Source: Candidatus Dormiibacterota bacterium (GTDB lineage Bacteria; Chloroflexota; Dormibacteria; Aeolococcales; Aeolococcaceae). Taken from it: 43,449 bases of DNA. The number at the start of each line of letters is the position of its first letter. Positions within the stretch are counted from its first letter, which is position 1. The notes beneath the pieces were generated by a model. The model was not told where the DNA came from, ran no database searches, and saw nothing but the letters and a program-made list of their open reading frames with translations. Made by a program: the position numbers and the translations under genes. The stretch spans positions 1 to 43,449 of the forward strand of contig PMYJ01000048.1 of the NCBI GenBank assembly GCA_003170875.1, written 5' to 3'. Positions 1 through 8,822 of the stretch are shown here, one piece after another.

Positions 1-72
1 GAAGACGAGGCTGACGATCACCCAGAGGGTGACGATCCCCTGGACCACGCGCCGGATGACGAATCGGATCAT
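1..72 (-). CDS. ABC peptide-type transporter permease, DppB/OppB-like (5' end only; the gene runs off the window)
   Basis: The reverse complement of 1-72 translates to [24 protein letters not shown], a typical DppB/OppB N-terminus. Its ATG (72-70) overlaps the TGA (71-69) of the upstream permease gene (ATGA). It is absent from the ORF track because it has no stop in the window. Confidence 0.8.
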   Translation of the reverse strand, partial: MIRFVIRRVVQGIVTLWVIVSLVF

Positions 73-1136
73 CGCGCCTCCGTTCCGCCGCTGAGGCGAT
101 CGGTGTCGGCGCGCGCCGACGCGTCCGGCCCGCCGCCGACCACCACCTTCTTGCGGCGGTTGGCGAAGAGGCGCTCGGTCCGAGGGTCGAGGGCGTCTCG
201 CACGGAGTCGCCGAGCAGGTTGAAACCGAGGGTGGTGATCAGCAGCGCGACGGAGGGGAAGACCCAGAACCACCAGGCCCCGAACCCCGCCGACCCCTGG
301 TCGTCGGCGAGCATGTTGCCCCAGGTCGGGGTCGGCGGCCCCACCCCGACGCCCAGGTAGTCGAGGGTGGCCTCGAAGACGACGGCCACCGGGACGAGCA
401 GGGTGCCCAGGACGATCACCGGTGCGATGAGGTTGGGGAGGATGTCGACGAACATGATCCGGAAGCTGCCCGCGCCGATGGAGCGGGCCGCCTCGACATA
501 TTCCTTCTCCTTCTGGGAGAGGGTTTGGCCGCGCACGATCCTGCCGATGGCGGCCCAGGAGAAGAAGGCGATCACGCCGATGGTGAGCGGGAGGCTCCCC
601 CCGAAGACGGCGGCGAGCACGATAGCCGCCAGCACGTAGGGGAAGGAGAGGACGGCGTCCATCATCCGGGCCAGCAGGGCGTCGATCCAGCCGCCGTAGT
701 AGCCGGAGACCAGTCCGAGGATGGTGCCCCCGACGGTGGCGAGCAGCGTGGCCAGCACGCCGACCAGCAGCGAGATGCGGGCCCCGTAGGCGACCCGCAC
801 CAGGATGTCGCGCCCGACGTTGTCGGTGCCGAGCAGGAAGCCGGCCTGGCCCGGACCGTAGGGCTGACCGAAGGAGTCGGTTCCGTTGACCAGGTCGGGG
901 TTATAGGGGCTGTGCCCGGTGAGCGCCGAGAGCACGGGGGCCACGACGGCCAGCAGCGCCATCAGGACGATCATTCCGGCGGCCAGCCAGGCAATCCGGT
1001 CGGAACGCAGCCGGGCGAATGCCAGCCGCAGCGGGCTGCGTCCCTCGATGGCCCGCCCGGCGTCCAGCGCCTCCAGGGACTGGTCCTCGTCGGCGACGAG
1101 CGCCGCGGAACCGACATCGAAGGGGGAGAGGCTCAC
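69..1136 (-). CDS. ABC peptide-type transporter permease, DppC/OppC-like
   Basis: The translation shows typical DppC features: [18 protein letters not shown], an EAA-like loop ([24 protein letters not shown]) and multiple TM helices. I placed the start at GTG 1136-1134, which overlaps the TGA of the upstream ATPase (GTGA). The 393-aa track ORF extends further 5' across that ATPase gene. Confidence 0.85.
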   Translation of the reverse strand: MSLSPFDVGSAALVADEDQSLEALDAGRAIEGRSPLRLAFARLRSDRIAWLAAGMIVLMALLAVVAPVLSALTGHSPYNPDLVNGTDSFGQPYGPGQAGFLLGTDNVGRDILVRVAYGARISLLVGVLATLLATVGGTILGLVSGYYGGWIDALLARMMDAVLSFPYVLAAIVLAAVFGGSLPLTIGVIAFFSWAAIGRIVRGQTLSQKEKEYVEAARSIGAGSFRIMFVDILPNLIAPVIVLGTLLVPVAVVFEATLDYLGVGVGPPTPTWGNMLADDQGSAGFGAWWFWVFPSVALLITTLGFNLLGDSVRDALDPRTERLFANRRKKVVVGGGPDASARADTDRLSGGTEAR

Positions 1137-2284
1137 ACCGTCTCCTCCTCGCCGGCGCCCGGTGAGGTCGCAACGAACTCCGTCACCGCCGCGCTGATAG
1201 CTGGCTCCGCGCCCACCAGCTGCTCCCCGGGGGCCACGGGGAAATGACACGCGGTCAGATGCCCGCCTGGATCGCCGGCCTGGACCCGCAGGGGAGGCTC
1301 CTCGACCGAGCAGAGGGGCTGTGCCTTCGGGCAGCGGGTGTGGAAGCGGCAGCCGGATGGCGGGTTGATCGGTGACGGAACGTCACCGTAGAGGACGACC
1401 CGGTGCGACGAGCGCGCCTTCTCGGGGTCAGCCACCATCGAGGCCGAGAGCAATGCGGCGGTGTAGGGGTGTCGAGGAGAGCCGAAGAGCTCGGCGGTAT
1501 CGGCCATCTCCACGATCTTGCCCAGGTACATGACCGCCACCCGGTCGCTGACGTGCTCCACCACGGCGAGATCGTGGGCGATGAAGACGTAGGTGAGGCC
1601 GAATTCCCCCTGCAGGTCCTCGAGCAGGTTGATGATCTGGGCCTGGACGGATACGTCCAGGGCGGAGACGGGCTCGTCGCAGACGATCAAGCTCGGCCGC
1701 AGCGCCAGAGCGCGGGCCACCCCGATGCGCTGCCGCTGCCCTCCGGAGAACTCGGAGGGGAAGCGGTTGTAGTGCTCGGGGTTGAGGCCCACAACCTCCA
1801 TCAGCTCCTGGACCTGGCGCTTGCGCTCGCCGCCGTCGGCGATGCCGTGGATGGCCAGGGGGTCGCCGATGATCGAGCCGACCCGGCGCCGGGGGTTGAG
1901 CGAGCCGAACGGATCCTGGAAGATCATCTGCATGCGGCGCCGGTACGGGCGCAGCTGTCCGGCCGAGAGCCGGGTGATGTCGACCCCATCGAAGATCACC
2001 CGGCCCGAGGTGAGCGGGTGGAGCCGGGTGATGCAGCGCGCCAGGGTCGACTTGCCGCAGCCGGTTTCGCCCACCAGGCCGAGGGTCTCGCCGCGGCGGA
2101 CCTCCAGGCTCACCCCCTCGACGGCCTGCACCCTGCCGATCTGGCGTTTGAAGAAGATGCCGCGCCTGATGGGGAAGTGCTTGACCACGTTCTCCAGCTG
2201 GAGCAGCGGGCGGTCCCCCGCCGGTGCGGCCGCGAGGGTGGGCTCATTGCTCGCCGGGTTCACGGGTGTGGCGGCCTCAGACAT
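1133..2284 (-). CDS. ABC transporter ATP-binding protein, DppF/OppF-like
   Basis: Walker [10 protein letters not shown], signature LSGGQRQR, Walker [13 protein letters not shown], and a C-terminal oligopeptide-ATPase extension containing CRFHTRCP. The start is ATG 2284-2282 (MSEAATPV), overlapping the upstream gene's stop by 8 nt. Confidence 0.9.
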   Translation of the reverse strand: MSEAATPVNPASNEPTLAAAPAGDRPLLQLENVVKHFPIRRGIFFKRQIGRVQAVEGVSLEVRRGETLGLVGETGCGKSTLARCITRLHPLTSGRVIFDGVDITRLSAGQLRPYRRRMQMIFQDPFGSLNPRRRVGSIIGDPLAIHGIADGGERKRQVQELMEVVGLNPEHYNRFPSEFSGGQRQRIGVARALALRPSLIVCDEPVSALDVSVQAQIINLLEDLQGEFGLTYVFIAHDLAVVEHVSDRVAVMYLGKIVEMADTAELFGSPRHPYTAALLSASMVADPEKARSSHRVVLYGDVPSPINPPSGCRFHTRCPKAQPLCSVEEPPLRVQAGDPGGHLTACHFPVAPGEQLVGAEPAISAAVTEFVATSPGAGEEETV

Positions 2285-3368
2285 GCGCGACACCCCCTCG
2301 CGCGCGAGCGCCGGAGATGGCCGCGCGGAGCCGCGCGATGGCCGGACCCCGCCGGCCCTCGACGAAACGCTGCCGTGCAGCGTCGGCCGCCGCATCGACG
2401 CCCACGACGTCGGGCGGGAGCCAGCAGGCGGACAGGTGTCCCTCGCCGCCGCTCACCGGGACGAAGGGGGGCTGGTCGCGCACGCAGACGTCCATGGCGA
2501 AGGGACAGCGCGGGTGGAAGGCGCAGCCGCTCGGGATGCGGATGAGGCTGGGCGGCTGGCCGACGATCGGCACCAGGCGGCCGCCGCTCCCGGCCGCCCC
2601 CGGGATGGAGGCGAGCAGCCCCCGCGTGTAGGGGTGGTGAGGGCTGTGGAAGATAGTTCGGTAGTCCGCCCGCTCGGCACCGCGACCGGCGTACATCACC
2701 AGCACCGAGTCCGCCACCGTGGCCACCAGGCCGAGGTCGTGCGTGATCACGATCATGGCCATCCCGAGCTCCCGCTGCATGCCGCCCAGCAGCTCCATGA
2801 GCTGGGCCTGGACGGTGGCGTCCAGGGCGGTGGTGGGCTCGTCGGCGATCAGCAGCTTGGGCCGCAGCGCCAGGGCCATGGCGATCATGGCGCGCTGACG
2901 CATGCCCCCGGAGAGCTCGTGGGGGAAGGACTGAACCCTCCGCTCCGGCTGAGGGATGCTCACGAGCCGGAGCAGCTCCACCGCCTGCCGCATCGCCTCC
3001 GCGCGGCTGGTGCGGCGGTGAGTCCGGATCGCCTCACAGATCTGCCAGCCCACCCGGTAGTAGGGGTGGAGGCTGGAGAGCGGATCCTGAAAGATCATGG
3101 CGATCTCGGCCCCCCGGACCGCCCGGAGCTGCTCCGGACCGAGCGCCAGCAGCTCCTTGCCCTCGAAGAGGGCGGACCCGCTGACGTCCGCCCCGGGGTT
3201 GAGGCCGAGCAGGCTGAGCGCGCTCACGCTCTTGCCGGACCCGGTCTCGCCCACGATTCCCAGGGTCTGACCCGCCTCCACGTCGAAAGAGAGACCCCGA
3301 ACCGCCCTCACCACCCCGTCAGAGGTGGGGAAGGAGACGGTCAGGTCACGGACACTCAGCAGGCTCAT
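2277..3368 (-). CDS. ABC transporter ATP-binding protein, DppD/OppD-like
   Basis: [13 protein letters not shown] start, Walker [10 protein letters not shown], signature LSGGMRQR, Walker [13 protein letters not shown], and a C-terminal CAFHPRCP motif. Confidence 0.9.
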   Translation of the reverse strand: MSLLSVRDLTVSFPTSDGVVRAVRGLSFDVEAGQTLGIVGETGSGKSVSALSLLGLNPGADVSGSALFEGKELLALGPEQLRAVRGAEIAMIFQDPLSSLHPYYRVGWQICEAIRTHRRTSRAEAMRQAVELLRLVSIPQPERRVQSFPHELSGGMRQRAMIAMALALRPKLLIADEPTTALDATVQAQLMELLGGMQRELGMAMIVITHDLGLVATVADSVLVMYAGRGAERADYRTIFHSPHHPYTRGLLASIPGAAGSGGRLVPIVGQPPSLIRIPSGCAFHPRCPFAMDVCVRDQPPFVPVSGGEGHLSACWLPPDVVGVDAAADAARQRFVEGRRGPAIARLRAAISGARARGGVAHV

Positions 3369-3494
3369 GGGGGTGAGTGAGCGGTTGCCTCTATCCCAGG
3401 GCTGGTAAAGGATGTCTCACGATACGCCGATCCGATCGGGTCACATTCGTCGATGCCGCCGGGGTCGTGGCCTCGGGCGGGCCGGCGGGCCGGC

Positions 3495-3522
3495 CGCCTC
3501 CGCCGCGACCGCGGCGGAGGCG
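3495..3522 (-). promoter_or_regulatory. Intercistronic GC-rich hairpin between the binding-protein gene and the ATPase genes
   Basis: cgcctccgccgcg (3495-3507) and cgcggcggaggcg (3510-3522) are perfect reverse complements (13-nt arms). The hairpin lies in the 213-nt gap between the stop at 3582 and the start at 3368. Confidence 0.5.
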
Positions 3523-3581
3523 CCGACCCGGGTTCCGTTTCCGCCGGGGAGCGGGCAGGCTCCCTCAGCGAACGGAGAAGG

Positions 3582-5579
3582 TCAACTCAGCCAGATGTCG
3601 GCGAGGTTGTACTGTGCCGAGAAGGGGTTGTAGATGGCGTTGTGGACCGTGGACGCACGCATCAGGTTGGTGAGCTGGCCCTGGAAGGGGATGAAGGGGG
3701 CCTGCTCCATGACCGCCTTGTTGGCCTGCTGCCAGTAGGTGGTGGCCTGCGCCAGCGTGGGAGCCGTCTCAGCCTTGGTGATCAGGCTGTCGACGGTCGA
3801 GTTGCTGAAGTCGCCCCAGTTGGTGCCTGGGAAGTTGTTGCTGCCGAAGAGGTCGGGGAGGATCGACCGGGCATCGGCGGGACCGTACCAGTCGGGAACC
3901 CAACCGGGCTCGGTGATGTCCCATCCCGAGCTGGCCAGCGCGCTGGCCGAGGTCTGCAGGATGCCCGAAGAGGTGTAGTAGCCCTGGGAGATGCCCTTGC
4001 CCGTGACGGTCACCCCGCAGGCCCCGAAGTCCTTCTGGACCTCCTCGAAGATGGCCGGGTGGTTGCCGTCGGTGCGATAGGCGTCGGTGATGGTGAACCC
4101 GTTCGGGTACCCGGCCGCCTTGAGCAGCGACTTGCACTTGGCGGCGTCACCCTCGTTGTTGGTGGTGGGGTACGGGTCGTAGCCTGAGATGTAGCCCTCC
4201 GCGCCGGGGCCGAAGACCTGGTTCAGGGGCACGTTGAAGTCGGTGCCGCCGTAGATCTTGGCCAGCGCCGCCTTATTGATGGAGTATTCGAGGGCCTGGC
4301 GGACCTGGACCTTCTGGAGCGGAGTGCTCGCCTGGAGGTTGAAGACCAGGTAGGGGTTGGTGATCCCCGGGGAGGGGAAGCTGCCGAACTCCGCGTTGCT
4401 GTAGTTGGCCAGGCCGGCCAGCGACGAAGCCGGGACCGTGGTGTTCCACTCCAGGTCCAGCGTGCCGGCCTGGATCTCCTGCTGCACCTCGTCGGCGGCC
4501 GCGGCGGCGCCGAGCGTCTCATTGATGTCGATCTGCGCCACGTAGCGGTGGTGGATCGGGTCCGCGCTCCAGCTGGTGGCGGTGCTGTTCGTGCCCGTGG
4601 TGGCGCCCCAGTAGGGGTTGGGTACCAGCACGATCTTCTGACCCGGCGTGTAGGTCTGAACCTCGTAGGGGCCGTCGGACCAGATCGGGTTGCCAGCCGT
4701 GAAGGGCACGTACTTCAACGACGATGGCGGTGCCGCGGCCGCGAAGAACATCGCCATGATGTTCGGGAAGTCCGACGCGGGCGCGGAGAGGGTTACGACC
4801 AGGGTCGAGCTGTTCGGGGTCGAGAGTCCCGAGATCGGGTTGCCGGTGATGTAGGCCGCCCGCTGAGCCGCCGTGTCGGTGGCCGGGAGCGCCTCGAACC
4901 CGGTGCAGAAGCTGCTGTAGCCCGCGATGGTGGAGGTGTAGTAGCTGGGGTTGCCACTCGGGGCCAGGGTCGGGTCGCACTCACGCTCGAGACCGGTCAC
5001 GAAGTCCTGGGAGGTCACCGGTGTCCCGTCGTCGGGGGCGACCGCTGCACCCGTGGCCGGGTCGGTCACCGCCCACCTCATCCCCGACCGGATCTTGAAG
5101 GTGTAGGTCAACCCGTCGGAGCTGACCGTGTCGGAGCTGGCGGCGTCGGGGACGAGCGACGTCGCCTTGTTGAAGTCGGTGTTAGGCGGGTAGCCGACCA
5201 GGGTCCGGTCCATCGTCAGGAGCACGCTGTAGCCGATGGTGTCGTACTCGCCCTGCGGGTCGAGCGTCCCGGAGACGTCGGTGGAGCCGGCAAGGCTCAG
5301 CGTCCCGGTCGGTGTCGACGGCGCTGTCCCCTTGGAGTTGGCGTTGGCCGCGAGCCACGAGACCGTCGACGTGTTCCAGCTCGTGGGGTTGATATTGGCG
5401 ACGTTGGTGCTGGTGGGACTGCTGCTGCTGCTGCTGCTGCCGCAGGCGGCCGCGCCGATGGCGGCCATCCCCACGACGATCCACAGCCGGGGAGGCAGGT
5501 GACCCCCCCCGTCCCGGCGATCTTTACGCTCAGACGGTTCCACGGACATGACGCCCTCCTTTCTGGCAGCGCCCGGCAT
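3582..5579 (-). CDS. ABC transporter substrate-binding lipoprotein (family 5, peptide/nickel type)
   Basis: N-terminal signal with lipobox (IGAAAC GSSSSSSS) followed by a long family-5 SBP-like body. The start could instead be the in-frame ATG at 5549 (MSVEPS). Confidence 0.85.
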   Translation of the reverse strand: MPGAARKEGVMSVEPSERKDRRDGGGHLPPRLWIVVGMAAIGAAACGSSSSSSSPTSTNVANINPTSWNTSTVSWLAANANSKGTAPSTPTGTLSLAGSTDVSGTLDPQGEYDTIGYSVLLTMDRTLVGYPPNTDFNKATSLVPDAASSDTVSSDGLTYTFKIRSGMRWAVTDPATGAAVAPDDGTPVTSQDFVTGLERECDPTLAPSGNPSYYTSTIAGYSSFCTGFEALPATDTAAQRAAYITGNPISGLSTPNSSTLVVTLSAPASDFPNIMAMFFAAAAPPSSLKYVPFTAGNPIWSDGPYEVQTYTPGQKIVLVPNPYWGATTGTNSTATSWSADPIHHRYVAQIDINETLGAAAAADEVQQEIQAGTLDLEWNTTVPASSLAGLANYSNAEFGSFPSPGITNPYLVFNLQASTPLQKVQVRQALEYSINKAALAKIYGGTDFNVPLNQVFGPGAEGYISGYDPYPTTNNEGDAAKCKSLLKAAGYPNGFTITDAYRTDGNHPAIFEEVQKDFGACGVTVTGKGISQGYYTSSGILQTSASALASSGWDITEPGWVPDWYGPADARSILPDLFGSNNFPGTNWGDFSNSTVDSLITKAETAPTLAQATTYWQQANKAVMEQAPFIPFQGQLTNLMRASTVHNAIYNPFSAQYNLADIWLS
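5419..5439 (-). repeat. (CTG)7 trinucleotide run encoding the poly-Ser linker just after the lipobox Cys
   Basis: ctgctgctgctgctgctgctg read directly at 5419-5439. On the coding strand it gives SSSSSSS. Confidence 0.9.
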
Positions 5580-5800
5580 TTAGGCCGGCGTGCCGGCTAC
5601 TTTGCACGTGGCCCCGGGGAAGCGGTCTGGGGGGCCCGGGTCGCGCAACGAGGGCGCAGCCCCACGCCGTGTGCTCGAGGAAGCGGAGCTCCCCGCGGCC
5701 AGCCGCCGCCCACTCGAAACCACGGCGCCCCGATCGGTCAAACGCCGACCTCGGTGCCAACTCATGCGCCGTTCAATGTACGCCTCAGTGCGGCGAGCGG

Positions 5801-5820
5801 TATCACCCAATGGGGTGATA
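5801..5820. promoter_or_regulatory. 20-bp palindrome, candidate operator upstream of the ABC operon
   Basis: tatcaccc aatg gggtgata has perfect 8-bp inverted arms with a 4-bp spacer. It lies in the 420-nt gap between the HpnL-like gene stop (6003) and the SBP start. Confidence 0.4.
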
Positions 5821-6002
5821 CACAACTCAGGTCGGGTCGAATGCATCCAACGTCTCTCACCTCATGCCTGCTGGGAGCGGATCGGCGGTGCGCTCAGGAT
5901 GGGCCGGAGGGAACCCGGCAGCTTCGGTCTCCGACAACAGCCGTCCGGAGTGGTGGTTTGTACCCCGCACCCGATCCGGCCAGGCCTTGCTGTGTCCGAC
6001 GC

Positions 6003-7115
6003 TCAGGCGCCGGCCGGTTCCAAGGTCGCCGGCGCCGGTGGGACGGGCGGGCCGGGACGGAGCGCCGTCAGACCGCTCAGGTGGAACCGGCGGCGCGCGA
6101 TGGCGTAGGCGACGAAGCCCATCAGGGTCGCGAACCCCTTGTCGCCGATCCGCTGGAGGAGGGCGGCCGCGGTGGCGGTGGCCGGGTCGACGCCGGCCAG
6201 GACGAGCAGTCCGACCACGCTCGCCTCGGCGGCCCCGATCCCCCCGGGGATCAGGCTGACGGCACCAGCAACGTAGGACGCCGCCAGGACAAAGGAGGCC
6301 ATCGGCCAGCTCAGGTCGGTGCCGCTCAAGCCGTGGACGACCAGCCAGAAGAGGGTGACGCCCACCCCCGCCCCGGCCACGCTGAGCACCGACCAGCCGA
6401 GGGTCTTGGGCTGGTGGAGCAGCACGACGGTGTCCTGGCGCAGGTGGTCGACCTGCCCGGTGAAGCGGCGCAGCACCGGGGTGCGCTCGACCAGGCGGTG
6501 GACAAGGTGGAAGCAGGGCGGAACCAGCAGCAGCACCATGACGAAGGCGATCCCGCAGAGGGCCACGATCAGGCCGGGGAGGGCGCGGTGGAGGGAGAGC
6601 ACCCCGGGGACGGCGATGAGGATGAGGATCAGCATGAAGATCAGCTCCTGCACGGTCACCGTGGCGACCACCTCGCCGAACTCGACGTCACCGGACGCCT
6701 CGCTGGCGAAGACCGCCCGGGTCAGCTCGCCGAGCGGCAGCATCCCGGTCGACTGCCCGGCGATGTTGAGCAGGATGCTGTCGCCGACGCTGATCCCGGC
6801 CCCGATGTCGCGGAGGAGGAAGTACCAGCGCAGCCCCTGGAGGACATAGAAGGAGGCGGAGAGGGCCAGGATCACCGGGATCAGCAGCAGGTCGAATCGG
6901 GAGATGGCCCGGCCAAGCACCCCGGGATTGCTGGCCACCACCAGGGCCACCACCGCCGCCACCCCAAAACCGGTGGGGATGAGCTGGGCCGGGCGGAAGC
7001 GGCGCCGCCGCCCGGGGCTCGGGTGGGGGACCGAGCCGGCGACGGGGTCGGCCTGCGGGTCGGCGGAGAGTGCGGTGCGCCGGCCTCGCCGCGGCGGCGA
7101 GTCGTCACGGGGCAC
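6003..7115 (-). CDS. UPF0104 / lysyl-phosphatidylglycerol-synthase-TM family membrane protein (HpnL-like), copy 2
   Basis: It is a paralogue of the gene upstream: FYVLQGLRWYFLLRDIGAGISVGDSILLNIAGQSTGMLPLGELTRAVF matches FYVLQGVRWHFLLRAAGVRLHLHESVLINLAGQTVTAVLPLGDLTRALF, and it is polytopic. I chose the start at GTG 7115-7113, 2 nt after the upstream stop. The track ORF (to 7439) overlaps the upstream gene by about 320 nt. Confidence 0.75.
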   Translation of the reverse strand: MPRDDSPPRRGRRTALSADPQADPVAGSVPHPSPGRRRRFRPAQLIPTGFGVAAVVALVVASNPGVLGRAISRFDLLLIPVILALSASFYVLQGLRWYFLLRDIGAGISVGDSILLNIAGQSTGMLPLGELTRAVFASEASGDVEFGEVVATVTVQELIFMLILILIAVPGVLSLHRALPGLIVALCGIAFVMVLLLVPPCFHLVHRLVERTPVLRRFTGQVDHLRQDTVVLLHQPKTLGWSVLSVAGAGVGVTLFWLVVHGLSGTDLSWPMASFVLAASYVAGAVSLIPGGIGAAEASVVGLLVLAGVDPATATAAALLQRIGDKGFATLMGFVAYAIARRRFHLSGLTALRPGPPVPPAPATLEPAGA

Positions 7116-7117
7116 GC

Positions 7118-8131
7118 TCAGGCGGCCACCTCGCAGGTGGCAGGGGCGGCGGCTGAGGTGGATGTGGAGGCAGAGGTCAGGACGGCCCGGGGAGAGGCCA
7201 CCAGGCTGCCGAGGTGGAGCCGCCGGTGGATGGCGATGTAGGCGAGCACTCCGACGACCGACGGCACCCCGGTGAGCAGGAGCCGCTCCAGCAGCGCGAC
7301 CGCCGCAGCCTGGCCGGCCGGAACCCCGAATCCCACCAGCACCCCGATCATGCTCGCCTCGTTGGCGCCGATCCCGCCGGGCAGGAAGCTGAGGGCGCCG
7401 CCCACATAGGCGACCGCCACCACCAGCAGGGCCACCCAATACCCGCGCTGGATGTTCATGGCGCGGAGGAGGAGCTCGAGCGCGCCGGCTGCGAGAGCGA
7501 CCCGGGCCAGGTCGATGATCCCGCTGGCCAGGGCCACCGGCCGGGTGAGCAGGACGACGCTCTCCCGGCGCAGCATGTCCACCTGATCGGCGCTCTCACG
7601 GATGACCGGGACGGCCCCGACGAGCCGGCGGATTGGCCGGTACACGGCCGGCACCGCGAGGATGAGCAGGGTCGCTGCGATGCCTCCGAGCACGAACGCG
7701 GAGATCACCCAGCCCCCGGGGATGCCGATCAGGGCGGGGGTGGCGGCGAGCACCAGCAACGTGGTGAAGGTCAGATCCTGGACGGTCACCGTCGCGGCCG
7801 TGGCACCGAAGGGGACGCCTGTCGCCTGGGTCGCGAAGAGGGCGCGGGTGAGATCGCCGAGGGGCAGCACTGCGGTGACGGTCTGGCCGGCGAGGTTGAT
7901 GAGCACCGACTCGTGGAGATGCAGCCGCACTCCGGCCGCCCGCAGCAGGAAATGCCAGCGCACCCCCTGGAGGACATAGAAGGCGACGGTCAGGAGCATC
8001 GCGGCTCCGACCAGACTGAGGTCGGTGCCGTGCAGCGCCGCGAGCACGCGCGACGGCTGGATCACGAGGAGCAGGCCGACCAGGCTGGCCAGCCCGACGA
8101 CCAAGGGGACTAGACGGCGCCTCAGGTTCAT
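7118..8131 (-). CDS. UPF0104 / lysyl-phosphatidylglycerol-synthase-TM family membrane protein (HpnL-like), copy 1
   Basis: MNLRRRLVPLVVGLASLVG start, a polytopic membrane protein with the family-typical LQGVRWHFLL segment. Its ATG (8131-8129) overlaps the marR TGA (ATGA). Confidence 0.8.
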   Translation of the reverse strand: MNLRRRLVPLVVGLASLVGLLLVIQPSRVLAALHGTDLSLVGAAMLLTVAFYVLQGVRWHFLLRAAGVRLHLHESVLINLAGQTVTAVLPLGDLTRALFATQATGVPFGATAATVTVQDLTFTTLLVLAATPALIGIPGGWVISAFVLGGIAATLLILAVPAVYRPIRRLVGAVPVIRESADQVDMLRRESVVLLTRPVALASGIIDLARVALAAGALELLLRAMNIQRGYWVALLVVAVAYVGGALSFLPGGIGANEASMIGVLVGFGVPAGQAAAVALLERLLLTGVPSVVGVLAYIAIHRRLHLGSLVASPRAVLTSASTSTSAAAPATCEVAA

Positions 8132-8649
8132 GGCAGGGCCACCCGCGGGGAGAGCCGCTCCAACCGGCGGGCCTGCTCCGCAAGCCGGCGCAGGCCCGCA
8201 GCCAGGGTCCTCTGCTCGGCCTCGGTCATGGCCTCGACCGCACGCCGCAGCGGGCTGTCCCGGAGCACCCGGACCGCACCGACGAACTGGCGCCCTCGCA
8301 CGGTCAGGTGGATCTCGACGCAGCGGCGGTCGTCGTGCCCGCGGTGACGGCGGACCAATCCCCGGTCCTCCAGACGGTCAAAGAGCCGGGTCGCCGAGGC
8401 GGCGGAGAGGCCGGCGGTCTCGGCCAGGTGCCCGGCGGTCTGCGGGCCGCCATCCCGGAGGCTGCGCAGGACGGCGAGCTGGGCGAGGGTCAGCCGGGCC
8501 TCGCGCCACAGCTCGGTCTGGAACCCGTCGGCCAGCAGGCTGGCCCCCAGGTACGCCCCCAGGACCTCGCGAACCTGGGGACTGAGACCTCCCTCAGCCT
8601 CGATCATTGTCACGAGGTCAATGGTACACATCGGGTCAGGAAAGCTCAC
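8128..8649 (-). CDS. MarR family transcriptional regulator
   Basis: Winged-HTH core LTLAQLAVLRSLRDGGPQTAGHLAETAGLSAASATRLFDRLEDRGLVRRHRGHDDRRCVEIHLTVRGR. The start is ambiguous: GTG 8649, ATG 8631 or ATG 8607. Confidence 0.85.
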   Translation of the reverse strand: MSFPDPMCTIDLVTMIEAEGGLSPQVREVLGAYLGASLLADGFQTELWREARLTLAQLAVLRSLRDGGPQTAGHLAETAGLSAASATRLFDRLEDRGLVRRHRGHDDRRCVEIHLTVRGRQFVGAVRVLRDSPLRRAVEAMTEAEQRTLAAGLRRLAEQARRLERLSPRVALP

Positions 8650-8760
8650 GACCCCGTCCCGTGGGTCTGATGGCCTGCGAAATCGGATGCCTTCCTACCC
8701 TGACGCGCCAGGCCAGCGACCCGCACCGTGACAGCCTCCGGCTCACCTGCCGGCGCACGC

Positions 8761-8790
8761 TTGCCCGCCGCGGGGGCGGATAGTTACCAT
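8761..8790 (+). promoter_or_regulatory. Candidate promoter of the hopanoid operon, overlapping an imperfect palindrome
   Basis: TTGCCC (8761-8766), then an 18-nt spacer, then TACCAT (8785-8790, TANNNT type). The imperfect palindrome GATAGTTACCATC (8779-8791, 10 of 13 positions symmetric) overlaps the -10. A GGAGGAG SD at 8811-8817 precedes ATG 8823. Confidence 0.25.
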
Positions 8791-8822
8791 CAGAGAACTT
8801 TCAGGGGACGTGGAGGAGAAGC

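Noticed and set aside
1782-3380. 532-aa plus-strand ORF (and 1403-2545) opposite the two ABC ATPase genes
   Set aside because: These are shadow ORFs. The Walker and signature motifs are on the minus strand.
5590-6108. 172-aa plus-strand ORF in the SBP upstream region
   Set aside because: It has low-complexity basic composition, no SD and no motifs, and it overlaps the 3' end of the HpnL-like gene.
4548-7241. 897-aa plus-strand ORF spanning the SBP gene, the intergenic region and an HpnL-like gene
   Set aside because: It is antisense to well-supported genes and its composition is Arg/Gly/Pro/Asp-rich low complexity with no motifs. This is a typical high-GC shadow ORF.
7116-7439. 5' extension of the second HpnL-like ORF as given in the track (start 7439)
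   Set aside because: It would overlap the upstream paralogue by about 320 nt. The extension is Arg/Gly/Pro-rich with no TM segments. The GTG at 7115 lies right after the upstream stop.
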